Numbered from the stretch's first letter, positions 1-8,432 are shown. The stretch: DNA of 15,037 nt from Desulfobacterales bacterium (GCA_046483495.1 JAWODC010000027.1:1-15037); one strand, 5' to 3'. A program made the numbers and translations. The notes: generated by a model not told the origin, from the sequence alone.

Positions 1-516
1 GATTTTATCCGCAGACTCTACGATATCGAACGCGATGCCAAAAAGCAAAAACTCACCTGCCACCAAGTCTATGATCTCCGCCAGGAGAAGGCGGCGCCCA
101 TTCTTTTGGAGTTTAAGGCCTGGCTCGACAAGAAGGTCAATCTGACACCGCCCAAGGGGTTGCTGGGCACGGCGATCAACTATACGCTTGAGCAATGGGA
201 CAAGCTTTGCCGGTACATCGAAGACGGCCGGATCCCCATCGACAACAACCCGGCGGAAAACGCTATCCGGCCGTTTGTGGTGGGAAGGAAGAACTGGCTG
301 TTCTCCGGCAGCCCTCGCGGGGCGGATGCCAGTGCGGCCGTCTACAGCATCATCGAGACGGCCAAGGCGAACATGCTGGAGCCCTACCGCTATCTCCGGT
401 ATCTGTTTGCCAAGATCCCCTTTGTCGAAAATGATACAGAATATGAAAACCTGCTTCCCACCCGGATCGACCCCAAAACCATCGACCAGTTTTTTGAATC
501 CGGCGCCATTTATTAG
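1..516 (+). CDS. tnpC: IS66-family transposase (TnpC), C-terminal part; frame is open from base 1, 5' end lies outside the window
   Basis: Frame 1 reads DFIRRLYDIER...LGTAINYTLEQWDKLCRYIEDGRIPIDNNPAENAIRPFVVGRKNWLFSGSPRGADASAAVYSIIETAKANMLEPYRYL. The IDNNxAExAIRP..GRKNWLF and YSIIETAK.N..EP..YL motifs are characteristic of IS66 TnpC. Stop TAG at 514-516. Confidence 0.95.
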   Translation, partial: DFIRRLYDIERDAKKQKLTCHQVYDLRQEKAAPILLEFKAWLDKKVNLTPPKGLLGTAINYTLEQWDKLCRYIEDGRIPIDNNPAENAIRPFVVGRKNWLFSGSPRGADASAAVYSIIETAKANMLEPYRYLRYLFAKIPFVENDTEYENLLPTRIDPKTIDQFFESGAIY

Positions 517-707
517 CCCGGCACCGCACCAGTTGACATATATCCCCCTTATGAGACTGTGAGCGGTCGTTCATGGTCGGCCTTCCGGGGTTACACCCGA
601 TTACCGGCAATTATTATTGTCGCATTTTTGGGGTTACGCCAATGGTGGGTTCTGTGATTTCTGACGATTTTTGCTGGGGATCATGGAAAATCGCATCAGC
701 GATGGGT

Positions 708-731
708 GGGTGCGGTTACATTGACGCTTAC
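708..731 (-). repeat. IS66 right terminal inverted repeat (IRR)
   Basis: Minus strand reads GTAAGCGTCAATGTAACCGCACCC, matching the GTAAGCG start typical of IS66 termini. The adjacent 732-739 GGCGCATT is the predicted 8-bp target duplication; its partner copy is outside the window. Confidence 0.85.
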
Positions 732-1695
732 GGCGCATTGTCTCGAGCAGGTAGGCGAAAAATCGCGGGTTGTTCCCTTTAAAATCTTTGACCCACAGCG
801 TTGTATCGTGGGGCCAATAGTCCGAATCGATGTAGTGAACGGTGCCGAGAGAGCCCTTGCGGCCGATCACGACACCAGGACCTTTGACTTTGGCTTCATC
901 GTGATAGCTGCTAATGCCGCCGGACGACACGACCGGATAATTTCCAGGGCGCTGATTCTTCTTTGTAATGTCGAACCCTCTTTGAAGAACCGCAAATGAA
1001 TCGAAGCGTTTTACATCCCAGCTCTCCGGGATAGGGCCGATTTCGGTCTGTTTTTGGGGTTCGTTGCGGAGGCCTTCGGTGAAGAGCTTGTGCATGAGGG
1101 CTTTTTTCAACTCGGTGGTGGTGGCAATGATCCGCTCCTGCGTTTCGATCGCCCGCTGCACCGTCGAAAGAATGTGCGCGATCTTCTTTTGCTCGGGGAG
1201 CGGGGGGAGTGCCATGGGCAGCTCTGCCAGCTTCGACTGCGAGAGGTTGGGGATCGTGGTGACATTGCCTCGGCCGAAGTAAAGTTTTGCCACATCGAAG
1301 GCATACCAAAGCCAATAAATGCCGAATTGCGGATGAGCCTTGTCGCCTTTTGCACGGAGACGATGAAGATGGTTTTGATAGAGGCATCCTTCAACCTCTT
1401 TATTCCACAGGGCAGTTCGTCCAATTGAACCACCTTCGCAGACAAGCAGGTCGTTTTGGCGAAGTTCGAGGCGTGATTGCTCTGCCTCGCTGAAGTGCAT
1501 TTGATCCAGATCGATCAAATCAAGTCGATTCCAGAAGACGTTTTTTGTCCGAAGAAACGGACGTTGGCGCTTACCGTTGCGATTCTTCTTTGAGACTTGT
1601 TTTCCTTGCTGAATGTCGAAAGCAGAATCAATGCGGTCGACATCCCAAGTAGATGGGAACTCGCCTATTTCAGTTTGCTGGAGTTTCACGCTCAT
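732..1695 (-). pseudogene. hsdS: Type I R-M specificity subunit HsdS, interrupted by IS66 in TRD2. 321 native codons; the ORF reads 32 codons into the IS and stops at 634.
   Basis: Repeated QTEIGEFPSTW / QTEIGPIPESW boundaries, central conserved helix LPPLPEQKKIAHILSTVQRAIETQERIIATTTELKKALMHKLFTEG, TRD2 motif IGRKGSLG. The second conserved region is absent, and the sequence after YLLETMR is IS terminal DNA. Confidence 0.92.
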
Positions 1696-1811
1696 ACCCC
1701 ATCTTCTTCAACACCTTGCCCGCCGATTTTTGGCTTGACTAGTTGGTCGACTGGTGGGGTGACTTGGGCCTCATGGGCCTCGACTTGTCCGGTTTGCATG
1801 AGCGTGTTCAT
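1692..1811 (-). CDS. 39-aa mini-ORF / gene relic (MNTLMQTGQVEAHEAQVTPPVDQLVKPKIGGQGVEEDGV)
   Basis: ATG (1809-1811) overlaps the upstream TGA as ATGA, and its TGA (1692-1694) overlaps the hsdS ATG as ATGA. AGGGAG precedes the start. Confidence 0.5.
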   Translation of the reverse strand: MNTLMQTGQVEAHEAQVTPPVDQLVKPKIGGQGVEEDGV

Positions 1812-3343
1812 GACCGGTCTCCCTCCTGTTTGAGGGATTGGAGCAGTTTTTTGCCCTTGGCAGTGGCTACATATCGCTGGTTTCGACTGTTTGGCTTTTC
1901 CGGGATCGTCATGGCAAGCATACCTTCGGTCAGGAGTTTTTCCATCGACCGCTTGAAATTTCCGGTGCGTGTTGCATAGCCAGCAACAGATAACAGCTCT
2001 TGACTGCTCATAGAAGTTGCAGCACACGCATTAATCAGACCAATTTCAATTGGTGTCAGCAGAACTTGGGCCTCGACTTGGGCCTTATCTTGGGCCTCTA
2101 CTTGGTTCCGATCTAGTGCAAACCGGGCTCCCGGCTCAGGCTTTTTCCGCCGGATGGTCAGCACAAAAAACCCGCCGTCGAGCCTGATTTCAGGTTCCGG
2201 AAGGCCGGCCTTCAGGCATCGCCGGATCATATCGCGGATACCGGTTCCCATGCGTTCGATGTACTTGGTCAGGTACATGGGCTCGGCCAGCAGCGGATTA
2301 TGCGGAACGGAAGCATGCGGGCCGCGCAGTTTTTCAAGGGTCAGGGTCGGCGGCAAGGTGCCGGGATTCCAGACTTCCAGCCGGTCCTTAAAGAGCATGA
2401 CCTGCACGCTGGCATTGCTGGTATAATCGCGATGCACCACGGCATTGACGATGGCTTCGGCGACAACCTCCTGCGGAATTTCGTATTTTGTCGGGGCCTG
2501 GATGCTTTCCGCCCGGGTTCCCACCCACAGGTCTATCTTGGAGAGCACAAAATCCTTGGCCTGGTCCACGAGATCGAAAACCGTGCCTTTGTACACCTGA
2601 TAGGAAGGAATGGGTTTTGCCACTTCAAATCCGTGGAAATGGGCGCATTTCACCTCGGAGGTGATCAGAAAACGTTGCGGCTGTCTGCCGAACAATAAAA
2701 CAGCGGCATGGGTCGGCCGTCCCTTGTCGAGCAAATTGAGATGCGCCAGTACCTCATGCGGCGGCGTATCCCCCGGCAACGGGAAATTGCGGCCGCGCCG
2801 GGCCAGCACCAGAAAACGGGTGATCTTGTCTTCGTCAAGGTCATCAAGGGTTGCGTTTCGGCAGAACGTGGCATCAAACGGGCCGAAACGGATCAGTTCG
2901 CGCTCTTCAAGAATCCTGACCAGACTCGCATACACCCCGGCGATCAGCTCTTCGGCGGAATTGAACCGACGCCGGATCAGGCTGTCGGCGGCATCACGGA
3001 TCAGGGTGCTCATTTTCGGATGCCGAACGCTGTCATCGGCTCCTTTTACATAGATCAGACGGCACTTGCCTTTTTCGGTGGCCCGGTTGAACTCACAGTG
3101 TGTCGGTGAAAGCCCCCGGGCATCGTCCCGGCCATAATCATTGCCGAAAATACCGAGATAGATATCGCAGCGATCCACCTCGTCGAGGTAGCACTGGTCG
3201 GCCCGCTGATCGGCCGCCGGCTGTTCTTCGAACAGAAAGTGTTCGAAAAAGCGCCGCAGCAGCGGATCGCCTGCAAGGTATGCGGCCAGGGCCTTGCGCT
3301 CGGCGGCAAATTCCTTTTGCACGCTGCTGATGAAGATTTTCAT
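1808..3343 (-). CDS. DUF4062 (TIR/NDT-like) domain + HATPase_c_4 ('RecG C-terminal'-type) ATP-binding domain + C-terminal winged HTH protein, 511 aa
   Basis: N-terminal KIFISS..KEF..ER, CDIYLGIFGNDYG and SPTHCEFNRA (DUF4062). Central EAIVNAVVHRDY, DRLEVWNPG and NPLLA..YIERMGTGI (HATPase_c_4). C-terminal MTIPEKPNSRNQRY wHTH motif. ATGA overlap with the hsdM stop. Confidence 0.88.
   Translation of the reverse strand: MKIFISSVQKEFAAERKALAAYLAGDPLLRRFFEHFLFEEQPAADQRADQCYLDEVDRCDIYLGIFGNDYGRDDARGLSPTHCEFNRATEKGKCRLIYVKGADDSVRHPKMSTLIRDAADSLIRRRFNSAEELIAGVYASLVRILEERELIRFGPFDATFCRNATLDDLDEDKITRFLVLARRGRNFPLPGDTPPHEVLAHLNLLDKGRPTHAAVLLFGRQPQRFLITSEVKCAHFHGFEVAKPIPSYQVYKGTVFDLVDQAKDFVLSKIDLWVGTRAESIQAPTKYEIPQEVVAEAIVNAVVHRDYTSNASVQVMLFKDRLEVWNPGTLPPTLTLEKLRGPHASVPHNPLLAEPMYLTKYIERMGTGIRDMIRRCLKAGLPEPEIRLDGGFFVLTIRRKKPEPGARFALDRNQVEAQDKAQVEAQVLLTPIEIGLINACAATSMSSQELLSVAGYATRTGNFKRSMEKLLTEGMLAMTIPEKPNSRNQRYVATAKGKKLLQSLKQEGDRS
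2064..2105. repeat. 3.5 x 12-bp imperfect tandem repeat (ACTTGGGCCTCG) encoding the QVEA-QDKA-QVEA-QV linker
   Basis: acttgggcctcg / acttgggcctta / tcttgggcctct / acttgg, read directly. Related units occur at 1761-1787. Confidence 0.85.
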
Positions 3344-4941
3344 GGGCCGACTCCGAGCTGCCTGAGGATGTTGTTAAGGGCCTTGTCGGTCTCTTTTGCC
3401 TCTGCTTCGATGGCCTTCAGTTCTGCTACGATCTCGGCGATGGGCCGGTAGGTTTCGGCGTCGTTGATGTGGATGTAACGGCTAGGGGAGATGTTGTAAT
3501 CGTTCTTCTTTATCTCGGCGTGATCGACGATGCGGCTGAGTTTTTCCGTCTCGGTCCAGTTGATAAGGGTGTCGGCGAGGCGGGCAATGCCATCGTCCGG
3601 GATAAAGTTTTTGGGGTCGCCCTTTTCAAAGACCTGGCCGGCGTTGACCAGGAATATCTTGCCTTTTCTGTTTTTGGGCTTGGCCTTGTTTAAAAACAGC
3701 ACGATGCCCGGAGCGGTGGTGTTGTAAAAAAGGTTTTCGGGCAGGTAGAGGACGCTCTCGACGATGTCGTGGTCGACAAACCACTGGCGGACGGTTTTTT
3801 CCTTGTTGGCGCCGGCATTGCCCGATCCGCGGGAGGCGGCGCCGGTGTCGAGGACGACGGCGGCGCGGCCTTCCGGATTGAGGCTGGCATGCATGTGCTG
3901 GACCCAGCCCCAGTCGGCGGAGGATTTTCCGGGGAAGCCAGCCCCGGCGGGGAAGCGGTCGAGTTCGTCATTGTCGTAGTCGGCCTCGGTGAACCAGTCC
4001 TGGTTCCACATGGGATTGGCGATGACGCGGTCGAAGGTACGGAGCTTTCCCTGTTTGTTGCGGAATTTGGGATTCTTGAAGGTGTCGCCGATCTCGATCT
4101 GGCCTTCCATGTCGTGGATGATCATGTTCATGTTGGCCATGGCCCAGGTCTCGGGGGTGGCCTCCTGGCCGAACAGTTTCAGGGGGGCGATGGTGCGCTT
4201 TTTGCCCTTGGCGCTTTGCTCCATGGCAATCTCGCATTTCACCAGGAGGCCGCCGGAGCCGCAGGTGGGGTCGTAGATCTCCATGCCGGGCTCGGGCTGG
4301 AGGACCCGGGACATGATGGTGCCGACTTCGGGCGGGGTGTAAAACTCGCCGGCGCTCTGGCCGCCGCCCTCGGCAAACTTCCGGATGAGGTATTCGTAGC
4401 TCTTGCCGATGATGTCGGCCTCGACATCGTCCAGACCTAAGCGCTTGGTGCTGATGGCCTCGATGAGGTTGGAGAGGCGGTCGTCATCGAGGTCGCGCTG
4501 GCCGTGGGTGGTGGCGTTAAAATCAATGCGGTCGATGATGCCCTGCAACAGCGGGTTTTCCCGGGCGATGGCCCGCATGCAGGTGGTGACGCCTTCGCCG
4601 ATCTTGTCTGCGAGCTTGCGGATGACGGACCAGACCGGCTGCTCGGGATCGTCCGGCGCCAGCGGGATAAAGAATCGCACCATGGCCTTCTTCTTGCCGT
4701 CCTTGCCAGGCGTGGCGCGCTGCCAATCCATCCTGGCGAGCTGGAATGCCTTTTTGCGCGAGCCGACTTCGGCTGCAATGCGGTTGAGCTCGTCATCAAA
4801 GACGTCGCAGAGGCGCTTGGTGAAGATCAACGGGAGGATGTAGTCCTTGTATTTCGGCGCGTCCTTGGCCCCCCGAATGGAACAGGCGGCGTCCCAGATC
4901 CAGGATTCGAGGGATTTCCCGTTACCGTTATGGTTTGCCAT
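3340..4941 (-). CDS. hsdM: Type I R-M DNA methyltransferase subunit HsdM, 533 aa
   Basis: N-terminal LESWIWDAACSIRG..KDYILPLIFTKRL, GEFYTP, motif I IYDPTCGSGGLL, motif IV-like VIANPMW, LPENLFYNT, and C-terminal DYNISPSRYI. Confidence 0.96.
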   Translation of the reverse strand: MANHNGNGKSLESWIWDAACSIRGAKDAPKYKDYILPLIFTKRLCDVFDDELNRIAAEVGSRKKAFQLARMDWQRATPGKDGKKKAMVRFFIPLAPDDPEQPVWSVIRKLADKIGEGVTTCMRAIARENPLLQGIIDRIDFNATTHGQRDLDDDRLSNLIEAISTKRLGLDDVEADIIGKSYEYLIRKFAEGGGQSAGEFYTPPEVGTIMSRVLQPEPGMEIYDPTCGSGGLLVKCEIAMEQSAKGKKRTIAPLKLFGQEATPETWAMANMNMIIHDMEGQIEIGDTFKNPKFRNKQGKLRTFDRVIANPMWNQDWFTEADYDNDELDRFPAGAGFPGKSSADWGWVQHMHASLNPEGRAAVVLDTGAASRGSGNAGANKEKTVRQWFVDHDIVESVLYLPENLFYNTTAPGIVLFLNKAKPKNRKGKIFLVNAGQVFEKGDPKNFIPDDGIARLADTLINWTETEKLSRIVDHAEIKKNDYNISPSRYIHINDAETYRPIAEIVAELKAIEAEAKETDKALNNILRQLGVGP

Positions 4942-5028
4942 CCCTGCTTAGACCTTTGTTAATATGTGCAGTGATGATAAAGTTTTCGTTTACCACCACC
5001 ACTTTAATGTTATCCGGAAAATTTAAAA

Positions 5029-5271
5029 TCAGTGCAACTCGTGTAGGTCGCGTTTATAGCGCAAATCAGATAAATTTGTCAAAGCTTTTAAATTGTTATC
5101 AAAACTCAAGCGAAGTTGATGTGTGGCAGGCATTTTTCGAAAGTGACTATCTACCGGATAGTCTGCATGGTGACAAAAAAACTTCATGAAGGTATGCTTC
5201 CGATGGCCTGGGATAACATCCCGAACCCAAAGGATATCATACGATCCAAAAATCTTGGATACGTCTGACAT
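5029..5271 (-). CDS. Possible 80-aa hypothetical protein (MSDVSKIFGSYDIL...KRDLHELH) starting with copy 1 of the 65-bp element
   Basis: ATG preceded by AAAGGG 6 nt upstream. Peptide-level resemblance to the frame at 11775-12062. No family recognised. Confidence 0.35.
   Translation of the reverse strand: MSDVSKIFGSYDILWVRDVIPGHRKHTFMKFFCHHADYPVDSHFRKMPATHQLRLSFDNNLKALTNLSDLRYKRDLHELH
5053..5082 (-). promoter_or_regulatory. Candidate sigma70-type promoter for the hsd operon
   Basis: Minus strand TTGACA (5082-5077), 18-bp spacer, TATAAA (5058-5053), about 110 bp upstream of the hsdM ATG. Motif match only. Confidence 0.45.
5207..5271 (-). repeat. Dispersed 65-bp element, copy 1
   Basis: ATGTCAGACGTATCCAAG...GATATC...GGATGTTATCCCAGG. 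Hand count: 43/65 identical to copy 3 and 37/65 to copy 2, ungapped. Confidence 0.75.
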
Positions 5272-5317
5272 TTCGTACCCTTTAAATGTAAGGTCAGCCC
5301 CATCTGAATACTTTTTA

Positions 5318-7033
5318 TTAAAGCTTCCGTTTCAGCATTGCGCCTTCGTGGAACTGTGTTGCCGTGAGGCGCCAGTCCACCAGAACACCTGTTTTGATTC
5401 TGGACTCCGGCGGTTCGAATCCTTCCAGCCGTTTTTTGATCTCTTCATCGGATAGATGAACGTCGATTCTTCTGTTTTTAATGCTGATGGTAATTCGATC
5501 TCCATTATGAACCGCCGCCAGAGGTCCTCCTGCAAACGCTTCCGGGGAAATGTAACCGGCATATAGGGCGCCTTCGGTCGCTCCGGAAAACCTGGAATCT
5601 GTTATCACGGCGACATCATTCAATCCCATTGCATCCAAAAGCAAAACAACTTTGAAGTTTTCGGAAAAACCAGGGCCTCCACGCGGTCCTTGATATCGGA
5701 TCACCAGAACATCACCGGATGACACCTTCCCTGTGAGAACATCCAGAAGGGCATCCGTTTGTTTGTCATAACAGATTGCCGGTCCTGTAAATTCTCCGCC
5801 TTGCGTTCCGGCAATGGTATGGCGGACCAAAGCCCCCTGGGGAGCAAGGTTACCCTTCATGACCACGATCCCCCCTGTTGGATATACCGGGTTGCTTTTT
5901 GAACGAATAGCATCTCCCCTGCGGTTTACCCCCGGATGCAAAAGCTTCCCAAATTCGACCCCGGCAACTGTGGGCCTGCCTAAAGTCAATGCGTCACGTA
6001 ATTCGTTGAGCAAAGCCATCACTCCGCCGGAACGATGAAAATCCACCATCGAATAAGGCCCGCTGGGCCGCAGAGGCGCCAAATAGGGTGTATTTCGACC
6101 AATTCTTTCAAAATCATCAAGGTTAAGATCCATATCCATGGATACGGCCAGGGTCAGCAGGTGCAGAATCCCGTTTGTAGAACCAGATACGGCCATGATG
6201 CATCGGATTGCATCTTCGATGGCTCCCCGGGTGACAATCCGGTCGAATGTAACGCTCTTTTTGACCAGTTCCATTATGGCATGTCCTGTTTCCCGGGCCT
6301 GATGGAGCTTTACGATGTCGCCACCTGGTGTGGTGGAAACTCCGGGCAGACAAAGCCCCATGGCTTCGGTGCAAACCATTACGGTATTGGCGGTCGTCAG
6401 CTCAGGGCAGGCTCCGGGACCGCATATCCAACAGGATTCCATTTTGGCGATCTCTTTATCCAATTCTTCTTCCGTCATTTCCCCCGACAATACCCTGTTG
6501 AGACATTTCACCATAATGTTGCTCGGGAATACGGTCTCATCCTCTCCCCATTTGCCGGGCAGGGCGGGGCCTCCCAGGAGAAAGATCGTGGGCAGGTTCA
6601 ATCGGGCGGCCCCCAGCCACATGCCGGGAACGATCTTGTCGCAGGTTCCGATACAGACCAGCCCGTCAGCGCCGTAGTTCATCATCTGTATTTCTATAGA
6701 ATCAGCGATAACGTCCCGCTGGGGAAGATCATACAGGAGTATGTCATCCCCTATGGACGTAGCCTTGGCATATCCGGCACATGGGGCTATAACGCTAAAC
6801 TCTATAGGGGTCCCGCCTGCAGCATATATGCTTTCTTTCACATGACGCCCCAATTCTCGAAGATGCATATGCCCCACGCCCGCATCCTGAACCGAATTGG
6901 CGATGGCAATGACCGGTCGCTCAAGGTCATGGTCGATATATCCCGAAGCTTTCCAGAAAAAACGTCGGGCATCCATCCTGCTTAAGATGCCCAGAGCTTT
7001 TGTGATCTGTTCCTTTGTTAATTTTTTTCCCAT
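5318..7033 (-). CDS. Dihydroxy-acid dehydratase (IlvD/Edd) family protein, divergent; start may be 7033, 7042 or 7051
   Basis: GHMHL, RDVIADSIE, TCDKIVPG, GACPELTTAN, GSTN, KGNLAPQGA, IRYQGPRGGPG, TDSRFSGAT and SPEA..GGP motifs. Confidence 0.93.
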   Translation of the reverse strand: MGKKLTKEQITKALGILSRMDARRFFWKASGYIDHDLERPVIAIANSVQDAGVGHMHLRELGRHVKESIYAAGGTPIEFSVIAPCAGYAKATSIGDDILLYDLPQRDVIADSIEIQMMNYGADGLVCIGTCDKIVPGMWLGAARLNLPTIFLLGGPALPGKWGEDETVFPSNIMVKCLNRVLSGEMTEEELDKEIAKMESCWICGPGACPELTTANTVMVCTEAMGLCLPGVSTTPGGDIVKLHQARETGHAIMELVKKSVTFDRIVTRGAIEDAIRCIMAVSGSTNGILHLLTLAVSMDMDLNLDDFERIGRNTPYLAPLRPSGPYSMVDFHRSGGVMALLNELRDALTLGRPTVAGVEFGKLLHPGVNRRGDAIRSKSNPVYPTGGIVVMKGNLAPQGALVRHTIAGTQGGEFTGPAICYDKQTDALLDVLTGKVSSGDVLVIRYQGPRGGPGFSENFKVVLLLDAMGLNDVAVITDSRFSGATEGALYAGYISPEAFAGGPLAAVHNGDRITISIKNRRIDVHLSDEEIKKRLEGFEPPESRIKTGVLVDWRLTATQFHEGAMLKRKL

Positions 7034-7100
7034 AACGATCATACCTTTCACGGAAAGCAGCAGTTGTGCTGTATAAAGTGTTTACGATCACAGGTGCCGG

Positions 7101-8432
7101 TTATTCCAGTCTGCCTCCGTCATTTCTGATTTCACTTCTGAGATCTTCAACATCGAGATGCTTTAAGCCGATTTGATTTTTTACGGCCAGTGCCGCGGCC
7201 GATCCCGCCGCCTGCCCTTCGGCCATACAAACCCCCATCACGCGGGCGGATGCCAGGGCTTCGTGATCCATGGAAATAGCCCTGCCCGTAACCATAAGGT
7301 TTTGAATGTTCCGGCATAACAAAGAACGGTAGGGAACGCCGTAAAAAAGACCCTTGTCCAAAAAAACCCAACGCGGCTTTTTGCCTTTTTCCCAAATTTC
7401 AAGGGGCCATGAACCCAGGCAGACCGTGTCGTCAAAAATTGTGCCGGAAAGAACGTCGGTTTCGGTGAGAACATATTCGCCCACGATCCGCCGGGTTTCG
7501 CGTATCCCGATCTGTACAGCGGTATCAAAAAGAAACGCCTTTTCAAACCCCGGGACTTCGTTCACCAGAAATTTCATGGAAACTTCCGCCTGAGCTCTCC
7601 CCTGCAGCTCGGCATAGGTAAGATCCGGAATAAGGCTTCCATCGACAGCCCGGTTATCTTTGATCAACGCACTCAACTTTACCATTCCTTCACCGGGCCT
7701 GAATGTCGGAATGACGATGCCCTCATTAATTGAGAGGGGATATTTCTTTAATTCAATGGCCTCTTGGATTTTATCATTTAATTGGGGCATGCCTTTTTGC
7801 TGGTACCTTTCCCAGTCAATTCCCTGCGCCCAAAACATCATTGTCGGACTCATAACAGACCCATATTTATCTCCCTTGCATGTTTCAACACCGGCGGCAT
7901 TCGCTACAATCGCATCACCCGTGGCGTCTATGTAAATACTTCCTGTGACAGCGTAAAGCCCTTCGGGACTGGCTATGACCAGGGCCTTGATTCTCCCCTC
8001 CTCAACAATGGCGTCCGCGACATAAGTATGAAGCATGAGTGAAATATTGGGTTCATTTTCCGTCCATTCATCCATAAGTCTTTTCATATGCCAGGGGCTA
8101 TACAGCAGTACCGTATAGTTTTCTCCAATATGCGGCCCGAAGGCGCCTCCCCCGTTAAGGAGCCTATCCGTGACAGTCCTGGCAAACCCTTCAATCAAAT
8201 ATTCCGTCTTGCCGGGATGATGCAGATACATCCCACAGATCGTCCCCACCATGCCGGCGGTGGCCATTCCGCCCAAAAAACCGTATCTTTCAATGAGTAT
8301 AACGCTCAGACCCTTTCGGGCCGCCACAACCGCCGCTGCAAACCCGGATGGTCCCCCTCCGGCAATGACCAAATCGGCTTCGTGGACGACTCGAATATCT
8401 TTCCCAGGCAGAAATAGTTTGGAAGATGACAT
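7101..8432 (-). CDS. FAD-dependent oxidoreductase (FAD_oxidored-type family)
   Basis: DLVIAGGGPSGFAAAVVAAR, IERYGFLGGMATAG, IDATGDA, IGIRETRRIVGEY, YGVPYRSL and ARVMGVCMAEGQAAG. ATG at 8432 has GAGG upstream (the track uses TTG at 8468). Confidence 0.93.
   Translation of the reverse strand: MSSSKLFLPGKDIRVVHEADLVIAGGGPSGFAAAVVAARKGLSVILIERYGFLGGMATAGMVGTICGMYLHHPGKTEYLIEGFARTVTDRLLNGGGAFGPHIGENYTVLLYSPWHMKRLMDEWTENEPNISLMLHTYVADAIVEEGRIKALVIASPEGLYAVTGSIYIDATGDAIVANAAGVETCKGDKYGSVMSPTMMFWAQGIDWERYQQKGMPQLNDKIQEAIELKKYPLSINEGIVIPTFRPGEGMVKLSALIKDNRAVDGSLIPDLTYAELQGRAQAEVSMKFLVNEVPGFEKAFLFDTAVQIGIRETRRIVGEYVLTETDVLSGTIFDDTVCLGSWPLEIWEKGKKPRWVFLDKGLFYGVPYRSLLCRNIQNLMVTGRAISMDHEALASARVMGVCMAEGQAAGSAAALAVKNQIGLKHLDVEDLRSEIRNDGGRLE

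Larger units (their letters stand above)
1..731 (+). mobile_element. IS66-family insertion sequence, right-hand part, inserted in hsdS in the opposite orientation
   Basis: The transposase is followed by about 215 bp of non-coding DNA ending ...GGGTGCGGTTACATTGACGCTTAC at 731. HsdS-like sequence on the minus strand stops at this point. Confidence 0.9.

Noticed and set aside
634..731. Last 32 codons of the track's 353-aa HsdS ORF as genuine HsdS
   Set aside because: They are read-through into the IS66 terminal repeat.
721..750. Outward-facing TTGACG in the IS end forming a hybrid antisense promoter
   Set aside because: There is no plausible -10 hexamer 16-18 bp downstream.
2064..2105. Tandem repeats (here and the 65-bp element) as a CRISPR array
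   Set aside because: The 12-bp units are in-frame coding repeats without spacers, and the 65-bp copies are kilobases apart and divergent.
188..4962. Many alternative-frame and antisense ORFs over tnpC, hsdS, the accessory gene and hsdM (e.g. 3769-4440 +, 223 aa)
   Set aside because: They are shadow ORFs of GC-rich genes with no recognisable motifs and fully overlap well-supported CDSs.
6035..6985. 316-aa plus-strand ORF
   Set aside because: It is antisense to the dehydratase in codon register and has no protein motifs.
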